A DNA stretch of 46,624 nt from Candidatus Portnoybacteria bacterium (GCA_016208745.1 JACQXN010000005.1:1-46624), one strand, 5' to 3'; counted from the stretch's first letter, positions 26,956 through 37,307 are shown. Translations and numbers: made by a program. Notes: generated by a model from the letters alone, not told the origin.

Positions 26956-28818
26956 TTATCTCTTAAGCCCTCCCCATTCAACCAACGTGAATCCATTCCT
27001 CTGAAAACCAAAAAAAGTCTGCGGTTCGATTATTCGGTCTGGCTTATTAAGTAGCGGCTCCCAGTCTAAAAATATGCGTAAAACAGAATTCGGCCTTGGC
27101 GAAATCTTCATTGGAATCAATTTATTAAGTTCCTTGGTTTGCAAAAAAGACAAGCGATAATAGGGGGCGTTTTTCCTTTGCAATTCTGGCAACCAATACG
27201 AAATCATGTCTGATTTTTCTTTCTCGGTCAGCCCAAGTTCGAATAATTTTTCATTTAAAAAATTTCCCAATTCATTATTTTTAACTATCCAACCTTTTTC
27301 TGGCTTTTCGTAAGACACAAAAAAAATTTGACCGCTCCAATAAAGATACGGATATTCATTCGCCAGACAAGCTAATTTAGCATATTCCAGACCGATCTCT
27401 TTGTTATTGATATCGTTGCAGTCTGTTAGTTGTGGCTGCAAGTCTTGGATTCTGCCATCAGGATAAGCCATTACATCCCAGTTGGCTAAATAATTTGGCA
27501 TAACAGTTGAAAACTCAACAGGCCGGATAAAGCTAGTTTTTACTTCTGTCGGTTCTGTGGGATATAAATATATAACCGGTTTTCCGCATCCGCCGGGTAT
27601 TAAATACTCAACTTCGCCCAGCGCCAGCCAATTGCCCCACGGATCTTTTAATAATAAGACTGGATTTTTTGAGACATACTCATCATAATTAGGAACTACA
27701 ATCTTATTGAGCTCTTCAAAGAAATCCTCGCTTTGAATCACCTTATTATAATATTCGGCTTGATTTAAGAGATGGTTTTTTTCTTTCAAGGCGTAGAGGT
27801 TAGCCCCGCTTTTAGTAGTCCCGATTTTAATAAGATCTGTATCGGAAATATTTTTAACTATGTATGTAGAATCAGTCGCTCCGCAGCCTCCCGGCAATAA
27901 TGTTCCGTAGGTTTTATACAATGGAATGATTGAAGCAATTTCGCTATCAACGATAAAATCCCCGTAACTAACGTATGGCTCTTCAGTAGACTTAGAACGC
28001 TCATATGACTCTTTTGAAGTAATCAGATATGTAAATATTAATCCCGAATCGTCTTGAGCTAAAATATAGGTTCTGGCAGACAAAAATTGATTTGTGGCGG
28101 ATTCCAAAAGTTTCTGTCCTGAAGTTTTTTCTCCCTCTTCCCGTCCTGAGGAATTAATTGATGGAACCGATTCATAGTACAGTCGAACTCCCGGTATATC
28201 GCTTTCTATCGCAAGGTCGCCTGGATTAATCTCGTATAAATCAATAAGCTGGCGAATTAAAATGAAATCGCCAAGTTCTATAATCTTTGGCTGTTTAAAA
28301 TTAAGGTCTGCGAAACCAATGACTTTTTTGTTTTCAATCCCGCTCTCTTCTAAATTTAAATCCAGAGGGAAAGACATGCTGTTTTTATCTAATAAATAGC
28401 TTTTATAATCATTAGTAGCAAAAATAGCAATAAAATAGCCGGTCATGCTTTCCGCGCTACGCGCCCCCAGAATAAGCTGATAACCAGCGTATTGGCCCGA
28501 ACTAATGATGCCGGCATCATAATATTCATAAGTTGGAATAAAATTATTAAGCTTGTCCGACTCTGTGGCCCTGAATAAACCTAAATCTTGATCTATCTTC
28601 TTTAATGGAGTGCTTCTTTCGTTTTGATTAACTGGTTTCGCAATATTTATATTCTGCGTATTCTGCGATTCTGGCTCCGTCTTTATCCAATAGAACGCCA
28701 CGCCTGCGGCGACAATACAAATAACCACGATCGCAATACTTAAACCAAATTTAATCCCGCCCTTTCCTATAAACTTATTTGGTTCTTCGGATAAAAACGG
28801 CTGGTTAATATTTGACAC
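26956..28818 (-). CDS. Membrane-anchored protein with C-terminal KPVIYLYP-family domain
   Basis: TM helix; GGCGKPVIYLYP...YLYW.G...FTLVEWGG. Confidence 0.85.
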   Translation of the reverse strand: MSNINQPFLSEEPNKFIGKGGIKFGLSIAIVVICIVAAGVAFYWIKTEPESQNTQNINIAKPVNQNERSTPLKKIDQDLGLFRATESDKLNNFIPTYEYYDAGIISSGQYAGYQLILGARSAESMTGYFIAIFATNDYKSYLLDKNSMSFPLDLNLEESGIENKKVIGFADLNFKQPKIIELGDFILIRQLIDLYEINPGDLAIESDIPGVRLYYESVPSINSSGREEGEKTSGQKLLESATNQFLSARTYILAQDDSGLIFTYLITSKESYERSKSTEEPYVSYGDFIVDSEIASIIPLYKTYGTLLPGGCGATDSTYIVKNISDTDLIKIGTTKSGANLYALKEKNHLLNQAEYYNKVIQSEDFFEELNKIVVPNYDEYVSKNPVLLLKDPWGNWLALGEVEYLIPGGCGKPVIYLYPTEPTEVKTSFIRPVEFSTVMPNYLANWDVMAYPDGRIQDLQPQLTDCNDINNKEIGLEYAKLACLANEYPYLYWSGQIFFVSYEKPEKGWIVKNNELGNFLNEKLFELGLTEKEKSDMISYWLPELQRKNAPYYRLSFLQTKELNKLIPMKISPRPNSVLRIFLDWEPLLNKPDRIIEPQTFFGFQRNGFTLVEWGGLKR

Positions 28819-28843
28819 GGATTTTTTATTTAAAAATTGTTTT

Positions 28844-29488
28844 TTATATTACTGATCTTTTTAACTCCTCAATTGCCTGCCCGACATCTCCTGCCCCAAA
28901 TATCGCTGAGCCGGAAATTAAAATATCGGCGCTGGCTCCAATGGCTTTGGACGCGGTTTCTTTGTTGATGCCGCCGTCAACCGCAATTTCAATATCAGGG
29001 TATTGCGCTCGTAATGAAAATATTTTAGAAATCACCCGCTCGTCAAACGGATGACCATAGAAGCCAATCTCTGAAATGCCCATCAGCTGGACAATCGCTA
29101 AATCTTTCGCGGGAATTGGAAGGTTGCCCAAAACGCTAATTGGCGTTTGGAGAGCCAAAACCAACCCCATCTCCAATCCCGCGGCTTTTATTTTTTTATA
29201 AATTTCTTCAATTTTTTCTGTGGATTCAAAATGAATTAAAATTCTTTTGACGCCCGAGCTAATCCATCCATCAATCACTTTCTCTGGTTCAGAAATCATC
29301 AAATGCGCTTCCAGGCTCAAATTTGTGTTTAGCTTCTTTAGTTCTTCTGGATTACTCCATGTTTCTTCTTTTGTAAATTTGCCGTCGGAAATATCAAGTT
29401 GAGCCCGACTTACATAGGGCTCAATTAATTTAATCTTACCTTCCAACTCCTGAAAATTTTTAGCGATAATGGCGGGAACGATCTCCAT
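28844..29488 (-). CDS. rpe: Ribulose-phosphate 3-epimerase
   Basis: IVPAII, QLDISDGKF, EAHLMI, IAVDGGIN, SGSAIF. Confidence 0.93.
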   Translation of the reverse strand: MEIVPAIIAKNFQELEGKIKLIEPYVSRAQLDISDGKFTKEETWSNPEELKKLNTNLSLEAHLMISEPEKVIDGWISSGVKRILIHFESTEKIEEIYKKIKAAGLEMGLVLALQTPISVLGNLPIPAKDLAIVQLMGISEIGFYGHPFDERVISKIFSLRAQYPDIEIAVDGGINKETASKAIGASADILISGSAIFGAGDVGQAIEELKRSVI

Positions 29489-29495
29489 AAAAATT

Positions 29496-29610
29496 TCCAA
29501 TTTTCAATTTCCAATTTCCAATCCAGCCCGCCTTACCGGCGAGGCAGGTCCCGCAAAACGGGACATTTTGAGAATTGGACATTAGAAATTTTGTTGGAAA
29601 TTAGGAATTA
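29496..29610. repeat. 115-bp direct repeat, copy 1 (flanks rpiB)
   Basis: One mismatch against 30081-30195. Confidence 0.92.
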
Positions 29611-29619
29611 AGAATTTTT

Positions 29620-30063
29620 TCAGCTTCGTTCTATATTCTCTATCTTCTCAATCCTTCGCTCGTGTCTTTCGTCTCCGGAAAACTCCGCTTCCAGCCAAAT
29701 TTTTACAAGTTTTTTGGCTGTCTCTAAATCCGTAACTCGACCGCCAAAACAAATTACATTAGCGTCCAAATGCTCAGCGGCGCTCAAAGCCGTAAATTCA
29801 TCGTGAACCAACGCCGCTCTTATGCCGTTAACTTTATTGGCCGCGATACAAACTCCTTGCCCTGTACCACAAATTAAAATTCCTTTTGAATCCTCGCTGT
29901 CCAAAATATTCTGCGCCAAGCGATAAGCAAAGTCCGGATAATCATCCGAAGGATCAAGCTCTTCGTTGCCCAAATCCACAACCTCAAGCCCCATCTCTTC
30001 CAAAAATGGTTTCAGTTCCTCTTTTAACGGATAACCGGCATGGTCGGCGGCAATGAAAATCAT
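29620..30063 (-). CDS. rpiB: Ribose-5-phosphate isomerase B
   Basis: IAADHAGY, DDYPD, GILICGTGQG, ANKVNGIRAA, RHERRI. Start at ATG 30063. Confidence 0.96.
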   Translation of the reverse strand: MIFIAADHAGYPLKEELKPFLEEMGLEVVDLGNEELDPSDDYPDFAYRLAQNILDSEDSKGILICGTGQGVCIAANKVNGIRAALVHDEFTALSAAEHLDANVICFGGRVTDLETAKKLVKIWLEAEFSGDERHERRIEKIENIERS

Positions 30064-30080
30064 AACTTTAATTCTTAATA

Positions 30081-30195
30081 TCCAATTTTCAATTTCCAAT
30101 TTCCAATCCAGCCCGCCTTGCCGGCGAGGCAGGTCCCGCAAAACGGGACATTTTGAGAATTGGACATTAGAAATTTTGTTGGAAATTAGGAATTA
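30081..30195. repeat. 115-bp direct repeat, copy 2
   Basis: One mismatch against 29496-29610. Confidence 0.92.
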
Positions 30196-30915
30196 GGAAT
30201 TGGAAATTTTTTGCGACATTTTTCTCCTCCATCCCCCTATCTCCTTATGGTTCCCGCTCAAAAGCACTTTTGGCACTTTCCATTTTTTAAAATTCTCCGG
30301 TCGTGTATATTGTGCGTATTCTAAATACCCTTCTTTGCTATGACTTTCTTCATTCAATGACTCCTTTTTTCCCAAAACTCCCGGGATTAATCGCGAGATA
30401 GAATCTACTAATATCATAGCAGGAATTTCGCCGCCAGTTAAGACAAAGTTACCCACAGAAATCTCCTCATCCGCGATATGTTCTGCTACCCGCTCATCAA
30501 CACCCTCATATCGCCCGCAAATTAAAATCAGCTGGTCGTATTTTGCCAATCTTTTTGCGTCCGCCTGATTAAATTGCTTGCCCTTGGCGGAAAATAAAAC
30601 TACTCGGTTTTTCCCCCTCCTGTCATTCCGGCCTTGAGCCGGAATCCATGTTTTAAGTCTGGATTCCCGCTTTCGCGGGAATGACAAATCGGATATATCC
30701 TTCACGGCTCTGTATATTGGTTCTATCTTAAAAATCATACCGACTCCTCCGCCATATGGCTTATCATCAACCGTTTTATGCTTATCGCTAGCCCAGCGCC
30801 TTAAATCATGCGCTTCAATTTTAATCAGCCTCTTTTTCTGCGCGCGCTTCAAAATGCTCTCATTAAAATAAGAGTTAAAAATTTTGGGGAAAATTGTGAT
30901 GATATCAAATTTCAT
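30193..30915 (-). CDS. trmD: tRNA (guanine37-N1)-methyltransferase with in-frame palindromic insert
   Basis: VDDKPYGGGVGM, ICGRYEGVDER, VLTGGE, QYTRP, VPKVLLSGNH. Confidence 0.97.
   Translation of the reverse strand: MKFDIITIFPKIFNSYFNESILKRAQKKRLIKIEAHDLRRWASDKHKTVDDKPYGGGVGMIFKIEPIYRAVKDISDLSFPRKRESRLKTWIPAQGRNDRRGKNRVVLFSAKGKQFNQADAKRLAKYDQLILICGRYEGVDERVAEHIADEEISVGNFVLTGGEIPAMILVDSISRLIPGVLGKKESLNEESHSKEGYLEYAQYTRPENFKKWKVPKVLLSGNHKEIGGWRRKMSQKISNS
30621..30686 (-). repeat. RPE-like palindromic element inside trmD
   Basis: TGTCATTCCCGCGAAAGCGGGAATCCA...TGGATTCCGGCTCAAGGCCGGAATGACA; sister copy at 46021-46087. Confidence 0.9.
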
Positions 30916-30986
30916 GATAGTAATAGAAAAGCCGCGCTACTTAAATTGTAGCACGGCTTTTCTGAACTGCAATATACTGAAAAGTT

Positions 30987-31319
30987 TTACAGCTGTAATT
31001 CGTCAACCACCTGGTCAACGTTTTTTGGAGCGCTGACAGAAGCGTCTTCTCTACGAGGAACGCGTCCGCCTTCTGGCTCTTCGATTTTGAAATTCACCCG
31101 AGCATTGTGCTTTGCACCAATCACTCTAAGCAAAGTTCTAATCGCCCGAGCAGTGGAGCCCTGTCGGCCGATAACTTGGCCCATATCAGCAGGATTGACT
31201 TTAAGCGTCAAAAGAACGCCCATTTCATCAATCTTGCGGTCAGTGGAAACCTCGTCAGCATGGTCAACAATGCTTTTAATCACATACTCGACAAACTCCT
31301 GATCTACAAATTTAGCCAT
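30987..31319 (-). CDS. khpA: KH-domain RNA-binding protein
   Basis: DMGQVIGRQGSTARAIRTLL; rpsP-khpA-trmD context. Confidence 0.92.
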   Translation of the reverse strand: MAKFVDQEFVEYVIKSIVDHADEVSTDRKIDEMGVLLTLKVNPADMGQVIGRQGSTARAIRTLLRVIGAKHNARVNFKIEEPEGGRVPRREDASVSAPKNVDQVVDELQL

Positions 31320-31459
31320 ATCTTTCTTTGAATCTATTTAATCGTTGCGATATTTTAATCCCATAGTAGCCCGACCGTTTCAAGCTTTTTGACTTGTAGC
31401 GCTACTACCTTGTTGTATATTATACTCTTTTTAAACTATTAGTCAATAATTTGACTTTT

Positions 31460-32914
31460 TTACGGGTTGAGAATCGCTTTTAAATCATTGGCTGCTTTTT
31501 TTAATGTTCCATCTTGATTAGTGATGGCAAGCCCCCCAAAGGGCGGACCAGCGCATTCCATATCGCCCGGACCAGGTTTCCAGCCCCAAAGGTTAAAACC
31601 ATAAGCTTTTGATAAAGCGTGAGAGACTATGGTTGTATCAACTCGCGCCTGATTTGCATCTTGAGCATTACAGCTGGTGGCGCCAAATTCACCAATTATT
31701 AATGGCTTTGCCGGATGAAGGGCTTTGAATCGCGAAGCCCGCAAATCAATTTCGTCTTTAATCTGCTGATCGGTTTTACTCTCAAAGCCATAGGCAACGG
31801 TGCTTAAAAAGTCAAAGGGATTAGGGTTGAGGGTTGGCGACACGCCTCCCGCCCAATTAAGAGTGATTAAAGAATAATCATGATAGCCCATTTTAAATTT
31901 TGACCGTAAATCTGCGGGCAGACGATTTGGCAAAGAGCCAAGCGTTGCGCGTAGCAAATCAGCGATTTCTTTGGCATCTGTATAGGCATTCCAATCACGG
32001 CCAGCGCCTGGTTTTGGCCCGCAAGGCTCTGAATTTTCAGTAAAAAAGAGGACATAAGCCATATCGCCATACGAAGAAATCCGGGTCATAAATTCTTTAG
32101 CATAAGCTTCAAAAGAATTATACATTACAGAATCAGTAATCCATTTACATTTATCTATGCCTTCAGGTTCCCAGCCTTTGCCAAGATAATTTAGCCCGAT
32201 TATCGCTTTCATGTTATTCGCCCTCAATAAATCTAAAACCTTTTTAAGGTCAGAAAAAGATTGTTCGTTATAAATAGGCGGAGTTGCTAGGGGTTGAGGA
32301 TTAAAATTTCTCCAAGCGTTAACCAGCCAAACGGTGTTAAAGCCAGTTGATTTCATTTTTGGCAAAGCGGCCTGTAAATTTAAATAAGATTGCGCCGCAG
32401 TAACGCCAAAATCATACCAGGTAACACTTTTTATATTACTAACTAATGTAGCTGGCGGAGGAGTTGTAGTTCCCTGAATTTTAAACGGACTGTTGCTTGT
32501 ATCATTGCAAGTATTATCAACGCATTTTACATTAACTAAATAATCGCCTGATTTAACGTTTGACGCGACAGCATAAAGAGTAACGCCATCGTTTTGCGTG
32601 TTTTTTTCAACTGTTACAGTCGACTGCCCCAAAGCAGTCGTTGACGGCTTAAGCGAAACATCAACTCGTTTATTGCCGTAGCCCGCTTTAACGCTCCACT
32701 GAATTACATAAGATTTGCCGATATTCCAGGTTTCTCCGCCATTTGGCGAAAGCACGACAATTGGCGGAATGCTCCAATAAAAACCGAAAATCAAAACACC
32801 GCCGCCAACCAACCCAATTAATACAATGCCAATCAATATTCTAACTACTACTTTTTGCTTAGTTGCGGTCATGGTATTTTGTTTATTGCTATTTTCTCCT
32901 TCTATGTTTTCCAT
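31460..32914 (-). CDS. Membrane-anchored glycoside hydrolase-like protein (Ig-like domain + clan GH-A TIM barrel)
   Basis: TM helix; VLSPNGGETW..G....IQW Ig-like domain; GFNTVWL, TENSEP and PLIIGEFG nucleophile-like motif. Confidence 0.75.
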   Translation of the reverse strand: MENIEGENSNKQNTMTATKQKVVVRILIGIVLIGLVGGGVLIFGFYWSIPPIVVLSPNGGETWNIGKSYVIQWSVKAGYGNKRVDVSLKPSTTALGQSTVTVEKNTQNDGVTLYAVASNVKSGDYLVNVKCVDNTCNDTSNSPFKIQGTTTPPPATLVSNIKSVTWYDFGVTAAQSYLNLQAALPKMKSTGFNTVWLVNAWRNFNPQPLATPPIYNEQSFSDLKKVLDLLRANNMKAIIGLNYLGKGWEPEGIDKCKWITDSVMYNSFEAYAKEFMTRISSYGDMAYVLFFTENSEPCGPKPGAGRDWNAYTDAKEIADLLRATLGSLPNRLPADLRSKFKMGYHDYSLITLNWAGGVSPTLNPNPFDFLSTVAYGFESKTDQQIKDEIDLRASRFKALHPAKPLIIGEFGATSCNAQDANQARVDTTIVSHALSKAYGFNLWGWKPGPGDMECAGPPFGGLAITNQDGTLKKAANDLKAILNP

Positions 32915-33087
32915 CTTTTTTAAAAAATAACCCGACTCAAAATTGAGCCCGGCTAATTTTTGCTTTTATTTTCTGTTTGTTCATTTAACCTTATTATATC
33001 GCGCCCAGAGATAATATTCTATACAATTTGTGGATAATTATTCGTAACAGAAAACACCCCGCCTTGGGCGGAGTGTCTTTTAAAATC

Positions 33088-33591
33088 TTAACTCTCTTTA
33101 TTGTTTTCTTCTTTTTTTTCTTCTTGCTTAATCTCGCTTGATCCTTCGGGCTTCTCTTCTTTTTGCTTGACCGTTTCTGGCTTGGATTCTTCGGTCTTTA
33201 ATCCTTTCTTATTATCGACGACCTCAGGCTTCTCGTCTGCCTGAGACTCGCTGACCTTCTTTGTTTCTTCCTCTGATTTTTCCGGAGCATCTGATACTTC
33301 TTTTTCCTGCGCGCTGCCCTCTTTTTTCTTTGGCCGCCAGGCTTTAACTTTCTGCCCTTGAATGATCCCTTCGCTCACTAATAAATTATGAATTGTTGGT
33401 GAACATTTAGCTCCCTGTTTTATCCAATGTAAAATTCTTTCCTTGTCAAAGGATTTTTCTTTTAACTTCGGGATATAATAACCAAGCTCCTCCAAAAACT
33501 TGCCTCTTATTGGATTTGAGGCTTCGGTAACAACAATTTTGAAACTTGGATCATTCTTTTTCCCCCTTCTCGTTAATCTGATTATTAACAT
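33088..33591 (-). CDS. rpsP: 30S ribosomal protein S16 with charged C-terminal extension
   Basis: MLIIRLTRRGKKNDPSFKIVV...GKFLEELGYY.P...WIKQGA. Confidence 0.95.
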   Translation of the reverse strand: MLIIRLTRRGKKNDPSFKIVVTEASNPIRGKFLEELGYYIPKLKEKSFDKERILHWIKQGAKCSPTIHNLLVSEGIIQGQKVKAWRPKKKEGSAQEKEVSDAPEKSEEETKKVSESQADEKPEVVDNKKGLKTEESKPETVKQKEEKPEGSSEIKQEEKKEENNKES

Positions 33592-33652
33592 ATTTTATTC
33601 TTTATTTTCTATATTTATTATTAACTGATGAGCTGACAAACTGATCAACTGA

Positions 33653-34348
33653 TTACCCGTTCCCCCATTCTTTTTTTCTCAAAGCGTTTTCCGCCGCGTG
33701 CTGTTGAGCCTCCTGTTTTGATAAACCGTCTCCTTCAGCCACTAATTCTTCGTCCAAAAAGACTCCAACTCTAAAATGTTTTGCATGATCTGGTCCTGAT
33801 TCAGATAAAACCTCGTAACTTGGGGTAATTCCGACTCTTTCTTGCGCTTCTTCCTGAAATTTGCTTTTAGCGTCGCGATAACTGCCTTCTTCAAGAATTT
33901 CCGGCAAATGAGTCAAAATATTTTTATTGACAAATTTCGTGGCGCTCTCAATCCCTTGATCATAATAAATTGCGCCGATTAATGCTTCCAGCGCGTTAGC
34001 CAAAATATAACTTCTTGCCCGGCCGTTATCTTTGGCCTCTCCGCGGCTAAGCATTACATAATCATTTAAATTAATCTCTGAAGCCACTTCAGCCAACATT
34101 TTCGCATTGACTAAAGCCGCCCGCCAATTAGTTAATTCGCCCTCGGGGTTTGGGTAGTTGCGATAAAGATATTCTGTCACTATTAATTCCAAGACCGCGT
34201 CGCCCAAAAACTCCAGCCGCTCATTTTGACCTATCTCAAAGTCTGGATTTTCATTTAGATAAGAACGGTGGGTTAAGGCTTGCAAAAGCAAATCCTTATT
34301 ATTGAATTTAATACCGATTTTGCCTTCAAGACCCGATAAATCGTTCAT
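33653..34348 (-). CDS. rnc: Ribonuclease III
   Basis: ALTHRSY, NERLEFLGDAVL, dsRBD GPDHAKHF...SKQEAQQ.AA. Start at ATG 34348. Confidence 0.97.
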   Translation of the reverse strand: MNDLSGLEGKIGIKFNNKDLLLQALTHRSYLNENPDFEIGQNERLEFLGDAVLELIVTEYLYRNYPNPEGELTNWRAALVNAKMLAEVASEINLNDYVMLSRGEAKDNGRARSYILANALEALIGAIYYDQGIESATKFVNKNILTHLPEILEEGSYRDAKSKFQEEAQERVGITPSYEVLSESGPDHAKHFRVGVFLDEELVAEGDGLSKQEAQQHAAENALRKKEWGNG

Positions 34349-34453
34349 CTGATAATTTCCAATTACCAATTTCCAATTTCCAATAATATTCACCCGCCGT
34401 GGCGGACGGACTGGATTAGAAATTAAAAATTAGACATTGTGTATTTTTAAAGA

Positions 34454-34891
34454 TTATTCATCTTTCTGCGGTTCGCCTATCTCGCGATAGACTGTGCCTA
34501 AGACTCCATTAACAAACTTTCCGCTTGATTCGCCGCTGAAATTTTTTGCCAGCTCAATCGCTTCATTAATCGCCACCTTTGGCGGCACTTCATTTCTGTC
34601 GCCAAAAAGCAATTCATAAAGACCCAGCCTTAAAATATTTCTGTCCACTATTGTTATCTGTTCAATCGGCCATTCGGGCGCCGACTTTTCAATAATTTTG
34701 TCTATCTTTGGCAAATTCTCAATTACGCCATTGACTAAACGGGAAATAAAATCTTCCGAATCAAGGCCCGGACCAAATTCTTTTATGTTCTGCCCAACAA
34801 TCTCCTTTATCTTTTTATTATCCCTTCCCAAAAAATCCCACTCATAAAGAGATTGCATGGCAATGGAACGAGAAAGATGTCTATTAGCCAT
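34454..34891 (-). CDS. nusB: Transcription antitermination factor NusB
   Basis: [39 protein letters not shown]. Start at ATG 34891. Confidence 0.97.
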   Translation of the reverse strand: MANRHLSRSIAMQSLYEWDFLGRDNKKIKEIVGQNIKEFGPGLDSEDFISRLVNGVIENLPKIDKIIEKSAPEWPIEQITIVDRNILRLGLYELLFGDRNEVPPKVAINEAIELAKNFSGESSGKFVNGVLGTVYREIGEPQKDE

Positions 34892-35024
34892 CTTAAAATT
34901 TCTAATTGACCTAATTACACTAATTGCTCTAATCAAATCCCAATAAATATCTAATGTCTAATATTTTAGGATTTAGGAATTGGGATTTATTTAGATTAAT
35001 TAGGTTAATTAGAATAATTAGAAA

Positions 35025-35309
35025 TTATTTTGCGGATAATCTTTCCATATTCAAACTTTCCGCTTCCCCTCTTTGCTCTCTTGCTTCTTCCATTTCTTTT
35101 TCTTTGGCTTTTCTTTCTTTTTTGGTTAATTTTTTCAAAACATCTATTACTTCTCTGCCCTTAAAACTGCCGCAATTTGCGCATAAATGATGCGGCAAAA
35201 CGCTCTGGCCGCATTTTAAGCACACACCTAAAATCTGCTCTTTTAAAGCATGGTGCGAACGCCTTCTATTTCTTCTTGATTTTGTGTGTCGCTGTTTGGG
35301 TAATGGCAT
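35025..35309 (-). CDS. rpmF: 50S ribosomal protein L32
   Basis: MPLPKQRHTKSRRNRRRSH...CLKCG...PHHLCANCG. Confidence 0.96.
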   Translation of the reverse strand: MPLPKQRHTKSRRNRRRSHHALKEQILGVCLKCGQSVLPHHLCANCGSFKGREVIDVLKKLTKKERKAKEKEMEEAREQRGEAESLNMERLSAK

Positions 35310-35658
35310 ATGCGCTATCGCTAAATTAAAAGTTAAAAATTAAAAGTTTAAAGTTGAATCTAAAACAAAAACGGCACAAATCTTGTGTCATCCTGAATTT
35401 GCTTGCCCCGCTTGGCGGTGGTTTCAGTATCTCGTCTTAGGGACGCTGAAATAAGCCCAGAATGAATGTTAATAATAATATATCAAATAAATTTTAATTT
35501 GGCAAGCTTATGCAGAGATTTAAGAACTGGAAAAACCGCCGGGCTTAATCCCCCACGCTTGTATCATTCCTGCTCGATCGTATCAATAATGATACATTAT
35601 ACCAATCGGGCAAAGATGAGATTGGTTTTGCCCGACAACAACAAATTGGTATATCGTT

Positions 35659-36405
35659 TTATTTTAACCGAAAGCTTTTGCGATGAATTTTACACGGCCC
35701 GTGTTTTTTTAACGCCTCGCAATGCAAACGCGTGCCATAGCCTTTATGTTTTTCAAAGCCGTATTCGGGGTATTTTTTAGCATATTTTGTCATTAGCCTA
35801 TCGCGCGTGACTTTAGCAATAATTGAAGCCGCCGCGCAGGAGAATATTTTCTCGTCGCCTTTTATTACGGCTTTTTGGTTAATAGATAAATCTTCCAGGA
35901 TGAAATTCCCATCAAGCAATAAAAAATCCGGCTGAACGCTAAGTTTCTCCATCGCTTTTTTCATTGCTAGTTTTGTCGCTTCAAAAATATTTATCCGGTC
36001 AATAATTTTTTCTGAAACCACACCAACCCCCCATTTGATATCGGGGTGACTGGTTAAAAATTCATACCAGATTTCGCGTTGGACTGCGCTTAATTGCTTG
36101 GAGTCACGCAATACCATACACCTCCTCCCCTCAAATGAGGGGAGGGTTGGGGTGGGGTGATGAAAACCATTTTTATCAACACCACCCCTCGATCCCCTCC
36201 TCAACTGAGGAGGGGAGGAAAATTTAAAAATCACCGCCGAAGCAACCACTGGCCCTGCCAACGGTCCCCTGCCAACCTCATCTAAACCAACTACAACCCT
36301 ATAGCCGCGCTTCCAGTAATTCTTTTCTTCATTAAAATTAGGATAATTTTTAATTTTTCCCGCCAGAGGCGGACCAGCCTTTGGCTGGAATTTTTCCTTT
36401 TTCAT
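35659..36405 (-). CDS. rnhB: Ribonuclease HII with in-frame palindromic inserts
   Basis: GLDEVGRGPLAGPV, DSKQL, LLDG, IKGD, AAASIIAKVTRD, HKGYGT. Confidence 0.97.
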   Translation of the reverse strand: MKKEKFQPKAGPPLAGKIKNYPNFNEEKNYWKRGYRVVVGLDEVGRGPLAGPVVASAVIFKFSSPPQLRRGSRGGVDKNGFHHPTPTLPSFEGRRCMVLRDSKQLSAVQREIWYEFLTSHPDIKWGVGVVSEKIIDRINIFEATKLAMKKAMEKLSVQPDFLLLDGNFILEDLSINQKAVIKGDEKIFSCAAASIIAKVTRDRLMTKYAKKYPEYGFEKHKGYGTRLHCEALKKHGPCKIHRKSFRLK

Positions 36406-36467
36406 TTTTATATTTTAAATTTTATCACGCCTTGTTTGAGATTAGCAATTCGCATATAATAGATCAT

Positions 36468-37076
36468 ATGCTCGAAAACACAACAAAACTAAACCTTAAT
36501 TGGTCAGCGGTTGAAAAAGCTTTGGCCGAAGGAACTTTTTCTGGCTATAAAATCGGGGTTCTGGAAACAGAAAAATTATTTAACGATTTTTTAAACCAGA
36601 AAAAAATACCAGGCCGCAATATTGAAACTAAAATAAAATATGTAAAGGATTTTTTAAGCCGCGCCGAACAATTAAAATATGGCCGGGAAATTTATAAAAA
36701 AATCATCCAGCGGCCAAATTTTGGCTTAAGCCAAGAAGAAACCAAACAAGCTATCGGCGGCTACTGGCAGGCAATGCTTGATTTAGAAGAAGCAATTGTT
36801 ACGCTTTCGGTTTGGGAAAAACTAAAACTTAAATATCAATATTTCTTGGGGCTGGCAGAAAAAAAGATAAAATTAATCGGGCTAATTTTTGCGCTGACTC
36901 TAGTTGTAATTCTATTCTTAAACGACCTTAACGCCGGCAGAAAAACCGCGCTAGCCATCGGCTCTGCCGCGCATTTTTTTGTTTTCAAAATCGGCCCGTG
37001 GATTCTTGGCGCGGCCTTAGTCGTGTCTCTGTTTTGGCTGGGAATGAAGATTTTAAAAAAGAAAAGAGAATTTTAG
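36468..37076 (+). CDS. Hypothetical membrane protein
   Basis: ATG 36468 follows a TATAAT box; two C-terminal TM helices. Confidence 0.75.
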   Translation: MLENTTKLNLNWSAVEKALAEGTFSGYKIGVLETEKLFNDFLNQKKIPGRNIETKIKYVKDFLSRAEQLKYGREIYKKIIQRPNFGLSQEETKQAIGGYWQAMLDLEEAIVTLSVWEKLKLKYQYFLGLAEKKIKLIGLIFALTLVVILFLNDLNAGRKTALAIGSAAHFFVFKIGPWILGAALVVSLFWLGMKILKKKREF

Positions 37077-37119
37077 AATTTAACCTGCGTATAATAAAAA
37101 CCCTGATTTTGCTTTTCTC

Positions 37120-37294
37120 CTTGCATCGAAAAATTTTGTGAGAAAATTGAGATGAGCGAAGCGTAAAAAATTGGCGACGGAGGAGTGAAGCGACGAGTTT
37201 ACGAGACAATTTTTAGCTGAGCGAATCCAATTTTCTCAAAATTTTATCGCTGCAAGTAATCTTTTGGTTACTTTTCTGTTAGCAGAAAAGTAAC
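37120..37294 (+). repeat. Long covarying hairpin family, copy 4 of 5
   Basis: Same architecture; tail identical to copy 3. Confidence 0.85.
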
Positions 37295-37307
37295 CAAATT
37301 TTAATTG

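Noticed and set aside
30064-30141. Upstream extensions of rpiB (likewise rpe, rnc, nusB, GIY-YIG)
   Set aside because: They translate intergenic repeats; family alignments begin at the downstream ATG.
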